A stretch of 62,966 nt of DNA, counting the filler, from Octopus bimaculoides (Eukaryota), in the NCBI RefSeq assembly GCF_001194135.2. It is 4 parts of 4 records of this genome, joined end to end, with 100 filler letters (N's around TTAATTAATTAA, not from the genome) between each part and the next. Parts side by side here need not be neighbours in the genome. Positions count along the whole stretch, not along the records: positions 36,633 to 61,579 come from NC_069000.1; positions 61,680 to 62,966 come from NW_026323164.1; 2 more parts are not named here. One strand, given 5' to 3'. This document shows positions 48,877 to 61,992 of the stretch, piece after piece; within the stretch, counting starts at the first letter, position 1, and each line of letters begins with the position of its first letter. Below the pieces are notes generated by a model that saw only the letters and a list, made by a program, of their open reading frames with translations, ran no database searches and had not been told where the DNA came from. The translations under genes and the position numbers were made by a program.

Positions 48877-51279
48877 TTCTGTATGCGCTTGTGTGTGGTT
48901 GCCTGTGTTTTTGTGTTCATCTGTCCCTGTTGGGCATATATCTATATGTGTCTCTCTATATTCATCTCTCTCTATATATATGTATAGCGAGAGAGCGAGA
49001 GAGAAAGAGAAGGAAGAGAGATACATACTTATGCTCTACTCACCTAATTTTCTCATATGATAATCTTGTTTAGTGACATTCTATTGTATGCCCATCGTGT
49101 ATTAGACAATTCTCTCCATTACTCCTTTCAGCAGACTTATACCGGAATAAATGCTTAGAAAAAACAAACATAACCTTCTTATCTATCATCAGCTATTCAT
49201 TTACACTGCGAGATGCAACATTTTTAACAACATTTTTAACAAAGAAGCATAGCCGCTGCGCAAAATATTCTTAATTAAATTCAGTTTAATATAATACACA
49301 GTCCTTATTGAATGTTCAACCATCTTTTCATATATGTTAAACCAAATATCATAGAATGATCTGTAATATAGATTATTTCTTATAGAGATACTGCGTTTAT
49401 TTGTAGAGTTGTGGAACAGGGTAGGGCTGTTATTGGCCCCAGTACTTGACTGATGTTTTATTGACGTCAGTCTGTCTATTATTCATTCTGACCACGTCAG
49501 AGGGATTTCGAGTTAGAACGCGAAAACCGAAACGTATTATTGTAATGCTTCCAATCAAATGCTCTAGCGGTTTTTCTAATGCTACTTTATTTAGCGACCC
49601 CAGAAGGATGATAGGTAGTTAATCTCGCCGGGTTTTGAACTTACATCTGTAAATACTGATACAAATGGTTGCGCCAGTACGTTACCGAGAAAATATCCAA
49701 TACCAATGAAGAAACACTTCGACTCTACATCTCATGTGTTAAATCATTGTATGATGGAGACCTTAGTGCGGGTCACCTCTTGTAGGGAAACACAATATAA
49801 CTGGAACGTTAGATATTCTTATGCAAGTGCAGACAATGAATAGACTGCTCGATATCATTGGGCCACTCCTTCTCAGGTGACCAAGGCTATATAACCACAT
49901 TATTAATAATAACCTGTTACTTACTGAAGCAAACCAGGGTCTGCATAGTCACCTGGTCTTACTGAAGTAGCAGCCACATCACAAATCATCGCAATATGTG
50001 TAAAAAAATAGAGGGCTATAATTAATAAAAGCCTTAATTGTACTATGCCCTAAAAAGACAAATTCGTTATTGCTGGAATGTTATTGCTGAATTAGGACTG
50101 CCCTTAATTGGAGAATTTGCAAGATAAAAACATTTTAAATGCTCCATTTCGTAGGTTATTTCTGCGCAAATTCAAAAGAATAGGATGTCTGGTAGTATGT
50201 CTTCCGGCACTCTGCACTCTCCACGTTCAGATCTTGCCGATGTCAACTTTGCCCTTTATCGTTCCGGGGTAAATGAATAAAGTGTTAGTCAACGACACGG
50301 ATCGATTATCTTCTCTGAGTCACCGACGTTTCTTGTGAGAACGGTTGTGAGAGACCACTAACAATATACCTTTCTCTGTCAATGCAATAGACTTCAGTAA
50401 AAGTTTAGCAAATTCTTATAGAAAAGCAAATACATTACTGGAACGTGTCTAGTGGCTGAACGCTGTACTATATATACATCATAGGATGAAAAATAGAAGG
50501 GTAAAGAAACACTTTTATTGTCTATAACCAGGGAGTAAGACGAGATCAAAGGTCTGGTAGAAAATTGTATAAATATAAACAATATAAGATACTACTAATA
50601 TAAGATAATACATTATGGATCTTTCTGGTTATCGACATTGTCTACAATTTTCTTCCAATTGCTTTCAAATTTGGTATATGGATTAAGATTTGAACACTAA
50701 TTGATAAACTGAAATTCCTTTTCCCTATGAATTCAAAATTAAAAAGCTACTAACCTTTAAAATTTGCAAAATTTGGGTGTTTTAGCCAATCATTATATGG
50801 GTGTGTAGACACGCTCATATAGTTTTGCTTGCAGGTGTATATTGAAGCGAGTGTACGCATCTGCACATGGGCGCGCACCTGCACACGCGTTTGCACGAAC
50901 ACGCACGCGCGCGCACGCTCACACATAGACATGCATACGCACACATGCACTCACATACAGGCTTACACACACATGCGTGTTGATTCATATGTATATATGT
51001 ATATTCACATGCATGTACGCATGCATATCAGTGTGCGCGTACACACACATGCATGTGCACATGCATGTGCGCGGGTGCAGGTATACACACACAAACAAAC
51101 GTTGAGGATTGGTAAGCGTTGGGAATTCTTGAGTGTTGGGTGTGGCTACGCAATGGTTGCTGGTAAACTTTGGAGATTGGTAAATGGCGGTTCTGCTAAT
51201 GGGGTTGGTTGGTAGCGGTGATCTTGCTGCAGGCGATGCAAAGTAATAGCTGGTGCTAAGGTGGTTTATCCTGATTGAC

Positions 51280-51870
51280 GGTAGTCAGAGGCCTAAAATT
51301 TGCCAGACGGGCATAACTTTGGTGACAACAATACAATAAATCGCATTTCTTGTTAATCTATACTGTGGGTTGTTGGAGGATATGCAATTTGTTGCGGATG
51401 CAGATCTGGCATTCGGGGGCACTGGGTGTATATGCTAGCGCTCTGTCGACGATAGTCCACTTGATGCTGGGTATTTCATCTCGGAGATCACGGAGTTTTC
51501 AGAGAAAACGAGGCAGGGAAGTAGAGTCCTCGCTATCCCTGGATCTAAACGTGTGCATATTCTGGGGGTATCTTCCCATGAAGTCATTAGCTGTCATATC
51601 CGTATAGTGTCTTGTAATACCATCGGATGGTGTATGGGTGGCTGTGTATAATACGGCCCTTGAGAGACAAGAGCTTTCTAGAGGGCACATGGTGGGGTTT
51701 CATGAGTTGCAGGTTGGGGTCAAGGCTGGTATGGCTGGAATTTTACATCTGTTGATTCGTGCGATGTTAGATGCGATGTTGTCTAAGCAGGAGTAGCTCA
51801 CTTTAACAATATGGGGGTTGAAGGGTATGTAATTATTATGGCCTCTGGGGAAGTGTTTCTTAATTAACTA
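51280..51870 (-). mobile_element. Penelope-like element 3' part (GIY-YIG), same broad clade as 36650-38275
   Basis: IVKVSYSCLDNI, CPLESSCLSRAVLYTA...RHYTDMT, IKWTIVDRA, CQICIRNK. Confidence 0.8.
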
Positions 51871-52477
51871 CAGGAAACCCCTCGCTATGGGCGCGCGTGC
51901 GTGTACGTCTAAGCCTGTGTGTGTTCAGACGTGCGCGTGCGCGCCCATGTACAGATGCTTACACTCGCATCCATATATACACGTACGGACAACTATATGA
52001 ACGCGTCTACTAACCCACATATAGAACTATATACTTGTACATGGCGCTCTTCCTACTTGCCCCGACTGACCGACTTCTAGTTTATTTCCTGGCCTCTACC
52101 AGTTCAATTTTCTGTTCGTCATGCAGTATTTTCCAAAGCAAATTCGGGTACTATGTGGAGCTACACTCGATCGAGCGCGCTAAGAGACAGATCTACCACG
52201 TGGAATTGGCGGTAAATTATATATTGACACGGATATAGACTGTTATATTTGATAGATTTAGGAGTGAGGCAATGAAAGAGATAATATGATAATGATGCCG
52301 TCATGCTTCATAAAATGGACGACTTTTATCTATTTGGCTTAAAGAGCTATTTTGTAAGAAACCTTTTTGTAACGCAAATACATTACCCGAGCAAAGGAAC
52401 ATTTAAATATATGGTATTTATTTCGATTTATACTTGATCAGACATTGAATACAAAGCGGCAAATTGCTTTTGCAATG

Positions 52478-52533
<56 letters not shown>
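52478..52533. repeat. (TATC)n microsatellite
   Basis: Directly visible. Confidence 0.95.
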
Positions 52534-52535
<2 letters not shown>

Positions 52536-52539
52536 ATAC

Positions 52540-52570
<31 letters not shown>

Positions 52571-54169
52571 NNNNNNNNNNNNNNNNNNNNNNNNNNNNNN
52601 NNNNNNNNNNNNNNNNNNNNNNNNNNNNNNNNNNNNNNNNNNNNNNNNNNNNNNNNNNNNNNNNNNNNNNNNNNNNNNNNNNNNNNNNNNNNNNNNNNNN
52701 NNNNNNNNNNNNNNNNNNNNNNNNNNNNNNNNNNNNNNNNNNNNNNNNNNNNNNNNNNNNNNNNNNNNNNNNNNNNNNNNNNNNNNNNNNNNNNNNNNNN
52801 NNNNNNNNNNNNNNNNNNNNNNNNNNNNNNNNNNNNNNNNNNNNNNNNNNNNNNNNNNNNNNNNNNNNNNNNNNNNNNNNNNNNNNNNNNNNNNNNNNNN
52901 NNNNNNNNNNNNNNNNNNNNNNNNNNNNNNNNNNNNNNNNNNNNNNNNNNNNNNNNNNNNNNNNNNNNNNNNNNNNNNNNNNNNNNNNNNNNNNNNNNNN
53001 NNNNNNNNNNNNNNNNNNNNNNNNNNNNNNNNNNNNNNNNNNNNNNNNNNNNNNNNNNNNNNNNNNNNNNNNNNNNNNNNNNNNNNNNNNNNNNNNNNNN
53101 NNNTATATATATAAGAAAAATAGAAACAGAGAAAAGTAGAAAGGGAGAGAGATATGCTGAGTACGACAAAAAGAGATTCTTAGGTAGAGTGATGTGCTTC
53201 TACCTGTATATACTACATACACACATACATATCATCTTACGACTATATTCATCCGGTGGCGTACATGCAACCATACATTCACCAATGTATGTGCGTGCGA
53301 GAACGTCTGTGCATGTGTGTGTGTGTGTGTGCTTGCTTTTGTATTTGTGTGTTTGTATGTGTGCGTAAGTATGAATACGAGTGTCTGAGCATTCCGTTGC
53401 GCCTTGATTTGCAAATGCACATACGTGTATGTATGTGTGTAAATTGTGTATAAAATTTAAATGACATTAAAGGCAAGTTTTCCAGTTTCTGTTCTATGTC
53501 TGATCAAATAGAAATAGAGACAAATCATTTAGATTTTTTGAATAATAATAATAATAATAATAATAGCATCAACAACAACAACAACAACAACAACAAGAGG
53601 TATAGAGTTACATCAGAATATTCTAAATTGATAAAGGACACTTCACTTGCAAGCAAAACCGGAACAGTCGTCTCCTTATCCGTGCTAGTTTTCTTCGTGG
53701 ATTTTAAAGTATCGATGTTCACATTGACTGTGCTGCGTACACACACACACACACACACACACACGTGTGTGTGCGAGCGTGTGTATAGATATAAATACTA
53801 ACATATGTCTGTGTCAACATACTTGCATACACATATATATAAATGCATACGTACATCCATAAGTTTCATACACATACATACGTAAATACATACATACATG
53901 CGTACATATACATACATACATACATACATGCAAACAAACATACACACATACATACATACATACATACATAGTTGAATAGAGAATGAAAACGTGTTATGGG
54001 ATTTTCTCTGATGTTATATGATCGCAAACGCAGCAAATGCTTCGAGTGTTGCTATGCACATATTTACGATGCACTTTATATATAATTATTTGATCTAAGA
54101 CGACGTTGTTGTAAAAGTGGAAACATTTATTTAGGGTCACCTTCGTAAATGAAAATCGTATAGAAAATT

Positions 54170-54520
54170 GTTTCAGGTATGGCTGTATGGGAAGAAGTTT
54201 ATTGATTCCAGGTTCAATCCCAACGCGTGACAGTTTGTGAGTCTTTTCTATTATAACCCCGGGTCGACCAAAGTCTTGCCAGTGGGTATGTTAGATGGTA
54301 ACTAAAATAAGCCTATGGTATATACATATCCATGCATCTGTGTGTGTGTGTATGTATGTGTATGTATGTTTTCCCCACCTCAACTTGATAACCGGTGTTG
54401 GGATTTTTTTAAAGTCCCCCTAATCTAGTGCTTTGGAAAAAGTAAGCCGAGAGAATAAGTTCTATTTTTCAGAAAAAAAATTCTTCAAGGTGGTGCTGCA
54501 GCTTGGCCGTAGTCGAACCA
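54170..54520 (+). mobile_element. Composite SINE family D, decayed
   Basis: tggctgtatgggaagaag...gggtcgaccaaagtcttg...(TATG)n...aaggtggtgctgcagcttggccg. Confidence 0.75.
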
Positions 54521-55269
54521 AGTTAATGATAGAACCAAGTTAATGATAGAAGATAGTAACTGTATACTTTCCTCTATAAATATTAATTCATTCAATAAAT
54601 GAATAAATTTTAATTCATTCAAATATCATTCATAGTTATGAGGAAATTTGCTTTATGATAACTGATTTTTGTCAAGAAATGTAGAGAAGATAAAGCCGTA
54701 TTTTGAATTAATTAAATTTATTATTGCTTGACATAGTGAGTGAGTCTAACGTTTCGCTGTAGGATGACAACACCACACATGTTTCGGTCATATGATAACT
54801 CATTGGTAAAGCATAGTCTAATTATTATAGCTAGACCTTAGACTGTTTAGTAAATGGTATAAGCACTGAGTGAAACGAACCAGTGGTTAATATATTTGCT
54901 CCCGCATCTCCATACAACAGATTCAATTCCAGCTATTCAATTACTGAATCTTCAGTGAACGCTGTCTACACTAGTTTCTGCTCAATATTAGACTTGTGGG
55001 TCAAACTGAGGCGACGCAAGCTCATAAAGCCCCTCAACATAAAATTTAATAAATAATTATTTAATGACAAATATGGGTGAGGGCGTGAGCGCGCGCATGT
55101 GTTTGTGTGTGCGTATGTACGCATATATACATACAGAGGTATTCGTATATATGTATATATACATAAATATGTATTTTTTATGAATGTATATATATATATA
55201 TATATATATATACATACATACANNNNNNNNNNNNNNNNNNNNNNNNNNNNNNNNNNNNNNNNNNNNNNN

Positions 55270-55308
<39 letters not shown>

Positions 55309-55626
55309 CATACATACATATATAACATAAATATTTCATATCACACACACACACACACAACCAACCATCAACAGTTTGAGATCGTAAGTCTGCCATAAAT
55401 TGTCTTTGACTTCTGCATGGCAACACTTATTACGTCGCGCTCACCATGCTTGAGCGGTTCTTGCAATTTGCTTGAACATGTGCAAATGCGTAACGAAGAT
55501 AAAGAGACCTGCTGCATGCACACTTGCCTATCTCCCGAAAACCTTACCTAGAGCTGTACACAGAACTGGATATAATATTTTCATTTCACTAAACCCTTTC
55601 AACTAGTACGGAAGAGAACGTCAGAA

Positions 55627-55793
55627 AACGTAGATGCAAGAGTGGCTTTGTAGTAAGAAGCTTGCATCCAACCACATGGTTGGGGCAGTATATTCTACTA
55701 TAGACTCGAGGCGACCAAACCCTTGTGAGCGGATTTCGTAGACGGAAACTGAAAGAAGCCCGTCGCATATATATATGTATATATGTATGCATG

Positions 55794-55834
<41 letters not shown>

Positions 55835-56490
55835 NNNNNNNNNNNNNNNNNNNNNNNNNNNNNNNNNNNNNNNNNNNNNNNNNNNNNNNNNNNNNNNNNN
55901 NNNNNNNNNNNNNNNNNNNNNNNNNNNNNNNNNNNNNNNNNNNNNNNNNNNNNNNNNNNNNNNNNNNNNNNNNNNNNNNNNNNNNNNNNNNNNNNNNNNN
56001 NNNNNNNNNNNNNNNNNNNNNNNNNNNNNNNNNNNNNNNNNNNNNNNNNNNNNNNNNNNNNNNNNNNNNNNNNNNNNNNNNNNNNNNNNNNNNNNNNNNN
56101 NNNNNNNNNNNNNNNNNNNNNNNNNNNNNNNNNNNNNNNNNNNNNNNNNNNNNNNNNNNNNNNNNNNNNNNNNNNNNNNNNNNNNNNNNNNNNNNNNNNN
56201 NNNNNNNNNNNNNNNNNNNNNNNNNNNNNNNNNNNNNTATGTATATATATATATATATATATATACATACATATATACATACATACATACATATATATGT
56301 ATGTGTGTCTTTGTGTCTGTGTTCGTTCTCCACCACCGCTTCACAACCTTTGCCGGTGTGTTTACGGCTGCAAAAAATGACCGATAGAATAAGTACTAAA
56401 CTTTAAAAAATGAATACTGCGGTCGATACCTTTGGCTAAATGTGCTTCATGGGGCCGACCTTGAATGGCCGCAGTCAAAATGTTAAAGGC
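55627..56490 (+). mobile_element. Composite SINE family D with expanded internal (TA)n (gapped)
   Basis: Head gcaagagtggctttgtagtaag, gacggaaactgaaagaagcccgtcg, (TA)n, gap, 3' module. Confidence 0.8.
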
Positions 56491-56995
56491 AAAAGATTTA
56501 TACTATATACAAGTTGCGTCTCGAGTACTTTAACATCTGAAATACCCTTGGGGCGAGGGCTTAGGTGTATTTCAGCAGTTGCAGCGGTCAGATCCAGTGA
56601 GCCATAAAAATGCTCACATTCCCTCCTCGGAATGTGATGGAAACACTTGAAAGACCGATCGTTATTTGAAAAGAACCACCTTCGGGGATCTGGAAGCAGA
56701 ATGTTTCCGTAAATTATTCCTTTACACGGTTACTTGTTTCAGTTATTAGGGGGTCAGTGTTGCTGTAGGACTGCCTTGTGGGGTTAGTCGGAAAAATGAA
56801 ACGCATTACTCGAACCTTTAAGATATGGGAAACTAATCAATCCGATACCGGTCGTCAAGTTTCAGGAGACAAGCACTAAAACAAAGCATCCCCCCCACAC
56901 ATAGATACACACACACAAACACACACACACACGCGCGCGCATACACACACACATACAGGCACACACATACATACACTCACACATGCATGCACACA

Positions 56996-57031
<36 letters not shown>

Positions 57032-58512
57032 CGCCATGTACGCGTGCATACACATGCTCGAATGGCTCCCCACAGTTTCTGCCTGTTACATTCAGTTACA
57101 AGTCACAGGTCATTCTGTGGTCAAAACAAGAGATACTTGTTCAATGCGCCTGTGCAATGTAACTGAACCCGAAAGCACGAGGCCATCACTGAACCAATTT
57201 TTTTCTTCTCTCCCTGGTCCTGGTCCAAAAAAGGAGTTAATGTTGTGTGTATTATTCAGGACAGGTCTCCATTTTAGGGATGCCTTTCTATCACCAATCT
57301 CTAAGACACCCAAATGTCATAGGTGCTGCTTTTCCTCCTTAGACTAAGCCAGACGTATTATTAACTAGAAAGAGCTGCCAAATCTAACTAAGATCCTACA
57401 CACTTTAACACAAAATTCGAGATGCACTGAATAAAATAGCTCTGGGCAAACGATGAAAGACTGGAAGCAATGGAATGTTCACAGATCGAACGCCTGGGTT
57501 CGGAGGGCCGCTATACTATGCCTGAAAAGGAACTAACTTATCATTCGAATAACTGCCCGGTCAGTCTGTCTCTCACAATGCACACATGAATTACAAGTTA
57601 CTTTTTTTCTTTTTAAATGGGTTATATTTGATATTGGTGTTGATGTTGGTAGTTGTGGCGGCGGCGAGGGTTTGATAGTTGATATTTGTCCTGGTTGTTG
57701 GCAATGGTGTCGGTATTTCTAAAGTTCTTTAAAATCAATAGTTACTATGTTTACACACATAGTTTCCTCTTGAGAACGGAAGTAGATTGACAGATAATAC
57801 TAGAGTAACTTGGAGACAATGAAACCCTTTACCGATAAAAAACAAAAAGAAAGACAAACGAAAAGAAAACGTATATGTTAGATTATACGTATGGGAATAT
57901 ATATATATATATATATATANNNNNNNNNNNNNNNNNNNNNNNNNNNNNNNNNNNNNNNNNNNNNNNNNNNNNNNNNNNNNNNNNNNNNNNNNNNNNNNNN
58001 NNNNNNNNNNNNNNNNNNNNNNNNNNNNNNNNNNNNNNNNNNNNNNNNNNNNNNNNNNNNNNNNNNNNNNNNNNNNNNNNNNNNNNNNNNNNNNNNNNNN
58101 NNNNNNNNNNNNNNNNNNNNNNNNNNNNNNNNNNNNNNNNNNNNNNNNNNNNNNNNNNNNNNNNNNNNNNNNNNNNNNNNNNNNNNNNNNNNNNNNNNNN
58201 NNNNNNNNNNNNNNNNNNNNNNNNNNNNNNNNNNNNNNNNNNNNNNNNNNNGACAACTGATGAAGGGTTGTTTGTTATGTTACTTGTCTTGTTTTACATT
58301 TGTTTCTCTCGTTGTTTGCGTACCCAACTTTGCTTTCGTATTCCATGTTGTTTACGTTTTGTGACGTCCTGTACTCATATATGCATATATATATATACAT
58401 ATGTATGTATGTGTGTATGTATGTATGTATGTATGTATGTATGTATGTTTGCATGTATGTATGTATGTATCTATGGATATTTATATATTATTTATATTAT
58501 ATATATATTATG

Positions 58513-58544
<32 letters not shown>

Positions 58545-58688
58545 TTACGACTTCTTTCCTCTTTTCTTTTTCTCGCTCCCACTCTCTCACTTTCTTGGCA
58601 TTCTCTTTCTTTAATCTCTCTACTTTCCTCTGCTATTTCACTTGTACCTTCCTCTGTGTCCCTCTTTCTCTCTCTCTGTGTCTCTCCC

Positions 58689-58723
<35 letters not shown>

Positions 58724-58769
58724 TCACTCCCTAATTCTTCAATACTTTGCTCCCTGCCTCTCTCTGTTC

Positions 58770-59265
58770 GTCCCACGTGATCGGTGCTCAGCCAAGCATG
58801 ATCTTTCTTTCTTGGTTTGACCACCGTTCGCACAACACCTTATTTTCCTGTCTCCTGACTTTCATACATGTTTGTTGCTGCAAGGCTTCCGCTTCACACG
58901 CCAGCTTAACTTAACTTGTCTTTTTTGTCGAAAGGCACCTGTTGTTATTCTTGTTGTTTGTGTTTGTAATCGTGTAACATTTTCTCCGTTTTCTCGTTTT
59001 ATTTGGTCCGTGTTGTCGCACATATTCGCTCGCTTTCTTCCAAAAATTTAATTCCTTTAGCTTACATTTTTGGGACCTACCAGTCTTGAACAGTCTCAAA
59101 TGTAACAGGCCGAAACTGCAATGATGACTGGAAGCTTGATTGATGAATAGAAAGTCACCAACGTTCCGTCCTAGTTTTCCTGTCCAACTTTGTATCGTCC
59201 ATCTGTCCGTATGTTTTCATTGTCACCCGATATGTACTTGTTCCGCTGTTTGGAATTGTATATGC
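58770..59265 (+). mobile_element. Probable Penelope-type terminal repeat remnant
   Basis: T-rich tract with decayed hammerhead-like ggccgaaac; assignment inferred. Confidence 0.4.
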
Positions 59266-59361
59266 ATACATACATACATACATACATATATACATACATA
59301 TATACATACATACATACATACATACATACATAATACATACGTACACATAAACACACACACA

Positions 59362-59416
<55 letters not shown>

Positions 59417-59417
<1 letters not shown>

Positions 59418-59625
59418 GGGAGAATTCACAAAAAATACAAAAGACGAAGACAGGTGGTGTAGAAAACAAACACAAACAGATGTATTAGTATAACCCCCAG
59501 GAAGTGAAAAGGTCTTTAACGTTTCGAGCCTCCGCTCTTCCACAGAAAGGAACACAGATAGAAACAAGAAGAGAAACACGGAGAGAAAAAAAGGAATGTG
59601 TAGTGGTTAGCGATCCACACACACA
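59417..59625 (-). mobile_element. Short Penelope-derived element carrying a minimal hammerhead-like motif
   Basis: Minus strand cttt-CTGTGGA-A-GAGC-ggag-GCTC-GAAA-CG-T-T-aaag. Confidence 0.65.
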
Positions 59626-59871
59626 AAGGAAATGGAGACGCACATATATATATAGGAAATACAGATTTAGTTAATCAAACAAATACTTACTCACTCACAG
59701 CACATATACAGTATTACAACAGAGAGTCGATGCACCGACTATATTTTTATATGTATTATGTAAAAGGGGAATGTTATTCATGGCAATTTACTTCGCAGAA
59801 TGATTGCCTAGAGGATAATTCACCTCCTCGGTTGTTCTTAATCACATTATACATATATATATATATAGATG

Positions 59872-60092
59872 TATATCCTTTCTATTACAGGCGCAAAACC
59901 TGAAATTTGGGGGAATGGAATTTAGCCGATTAACTCGGCCACATTGTTCTGCTGGTACCTATTTTATCGACTTCAAAATGGATGAAAAGCTAAGTCAGCA
60001 TCGGCGGAATTTGAACTCATAGCGTAAAAATGGACGAAATGGCACTAAGCGTTTTGAACGGCGTACTAACGATTCTGCCAGCTATCCGCCTT
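59872..60092 (-). mobile_element. SINE family A, decayed
   Basis: ggatgaaaagctaagtcagcatcggcggaatttgaactc...aacgattctgccagc. Confidence 0.8.
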
Positions 60093-60384
60093 ATACATAT
60101 ATACCTGCAGTTTAATTGGCGGGTGGTTGTTATTTAACTCGATTACGGGATGTAATGCGTGCCGTAAGAACACAGCTGTATTGGAATTCATTAATACGTT
60201 TGAAATTACCAATTGCTGTCTAGACTACAAATAAAAAATTTAATTTTGTTTTTGTTTGTTTGTTTTCCGCAATTCCTTGCGGGGAAAAAGTCATGTGTAA
60301 ATCAATGTAATAAAGAAGAGAATAAATGAATTGGAAGTAGTTTAATGTCTTACGAGGTCATTGACCTACATTATCAAATGTAGA

Positions 60385-60419
60385 AAAAGAAAGAAAGAAA
60401 GACAGAAAGAAAGACAGAC

Positions 60420-60477
<58 letters not shown>

Positions 60478-60480
60478 GAA
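60385..60480. repeat. (GAAA)n microsatellite
   Basis: Directly visible. Confidence 0.95.
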
Positions 60481-61324
60481 GGAAAATTCTGTTTTATTGT
60501 TTTATTTTAACAAATACTATAAAAGTGTTGTTTCGATTTTTTTGTAATGGGGAATAATACACAGAGAGAATGGGAATGATGTGTAACCGATCACGTAATA
60601 TGTAGCGGTGATAAACTATGATTGCAGGTCAGAGAATCTGTAGAAGTAATGTATTAATTTTCATCTGGTTGATAATATTTTATCTTTCTTCCGATCAAAT
60701 TTACTGTCCGCTGTCACAGTTTATAACATTTCATCTCTATTACGAGGTGGCTTATTTTAACCATGGTCCTGTATGTAACTGCGATATCCAGATTTTCCCC
60801 TGAAATATTAATGTTATATAGATTCTCTTTTCTAGCTACATATTCATTGGTTGGTATATTGTAAATATAAGCTCTTTGAGAAAAATTTATGCATGAGAGC
60901 GCATTATTGTCTTGTATATAACATTGGTACAGCAGGTTACGTTTACTTGGTGACAGAAGGAAATCAAAGAGCTCTATACAGCAAATACATTTGTATTTGC
61001 TCTGAGATAAAGGTAAAAAATATAAACATTGCGGTCAAATATTCTTTTTCAAGATTCAGATGTGAGAGAAGAAAAACGAATCATGGAAATAATGGAAGGA
61101 CGTGACCTATGTTGGTTTTCTGAAAAGCAATGCTTTTTCTACGGTATTTTATGATATAATTATGATACGGTATTTTATGATATAATTTTATTATCATACA
61201 GATTTTCATGTTTTCATACGGCATTTTCTCAATAATTTGTGATAGCACATTCCCGGATGTGTTGGGTTTATCAAGAGAATTGATGTTTGAAAAAAATCAA
61301 ATCAACAATTCCCTACAGACCGCA

Positions 61325-61579
61325 CTCTTTTACTCTCTTACTTGTTTCAGTCCTTTGACTGCGGCCATGCTGGAGCACCGCCTTTAGTCGAGCACATCGA
61401 CACCAGGACTTATTTTTTGTAAGCCTAGTACTTATTCTATCGGTTCTTGCCGAACCGCTAAGTAACAGGTTTCTTTCAGTTTCCGTCTACCAAATCCACA
61501 CACAAAGCTTTGGTCGGCCTGAAGCTATAGTAGAAAACACTCGCTCGAAACCATGTGGTTACTAAGCAAGCTACTTACC
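61325..61579 (-). mobile_element. Composite SINE family D, internally deleted
   Basis: 3' module joined to tttcagtttccgtctaccaaatcc without the microsatellite. Confidence 0.8.
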
Positions 61580-61679
61580 NNNNNNNNNNNNNNNNNNNNN
61601 NNNNNNNNNNNNNNNNNNNNNNNTTAATTAATTAANNNNNNNNNNNNNNNNNNNNNNNNNNNNNNNNNNNNNNNNNNNN
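61580..61679. other. Synthetic scaffold-join spacer N44-TTAATTAATTAA-N44
   Basis: Exactly 100 bp. Confidence 0.93.
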
Positions 61680-61832
61680 GAATAGAAATATTTTTTATTC
61701 AGTATTGAATAAATATATTAATGAAGGTCTGCTAAATATTTTGCTAAGAAAGTTGATGACTAATATATGGAAGTATATATCAACATATTATCATGTGATC
61801 AGTAAACCTGTGCCATTTTGCCAGAGTATGGT

Positions 61833-61957
61833 CCATGTCTGTTTGTTGAATTGTAAATAGGGATGTATTTAAGGCTTGTTTAGAGATTTCACTGTGGCAG
61901 GAGCCTTACAGTTTTGCAAATTTTATNNNNNNNNNNGTTTTGCAAATTTTATAATGC

Positions 61958-61992
<35 letters not shown>

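Noticed and set aside
57027-57347. Overlapping 106-aa and 67-aa ORFs
   Set aside because: Sequence is a decayed SINE-D-like repeat on the minus strand
58256-58270. CTGATGAAGGG hammerhead half-site
   Set aside because: No downstream stem II partner or GAAA; upstream context lost in a gap
208-59579. Numerous long ORFs rich in YI/CV/HT/X
   Set aside because: They are translations of (TA)n, (TG)n, (CA)n microsatellites or N-gaps
29209-61635. TTAATTAATTAA as a conserved biological or CRISPR-like repeat
   Set aside because: Always centred in exactly 44+44 N; synthetic spacer
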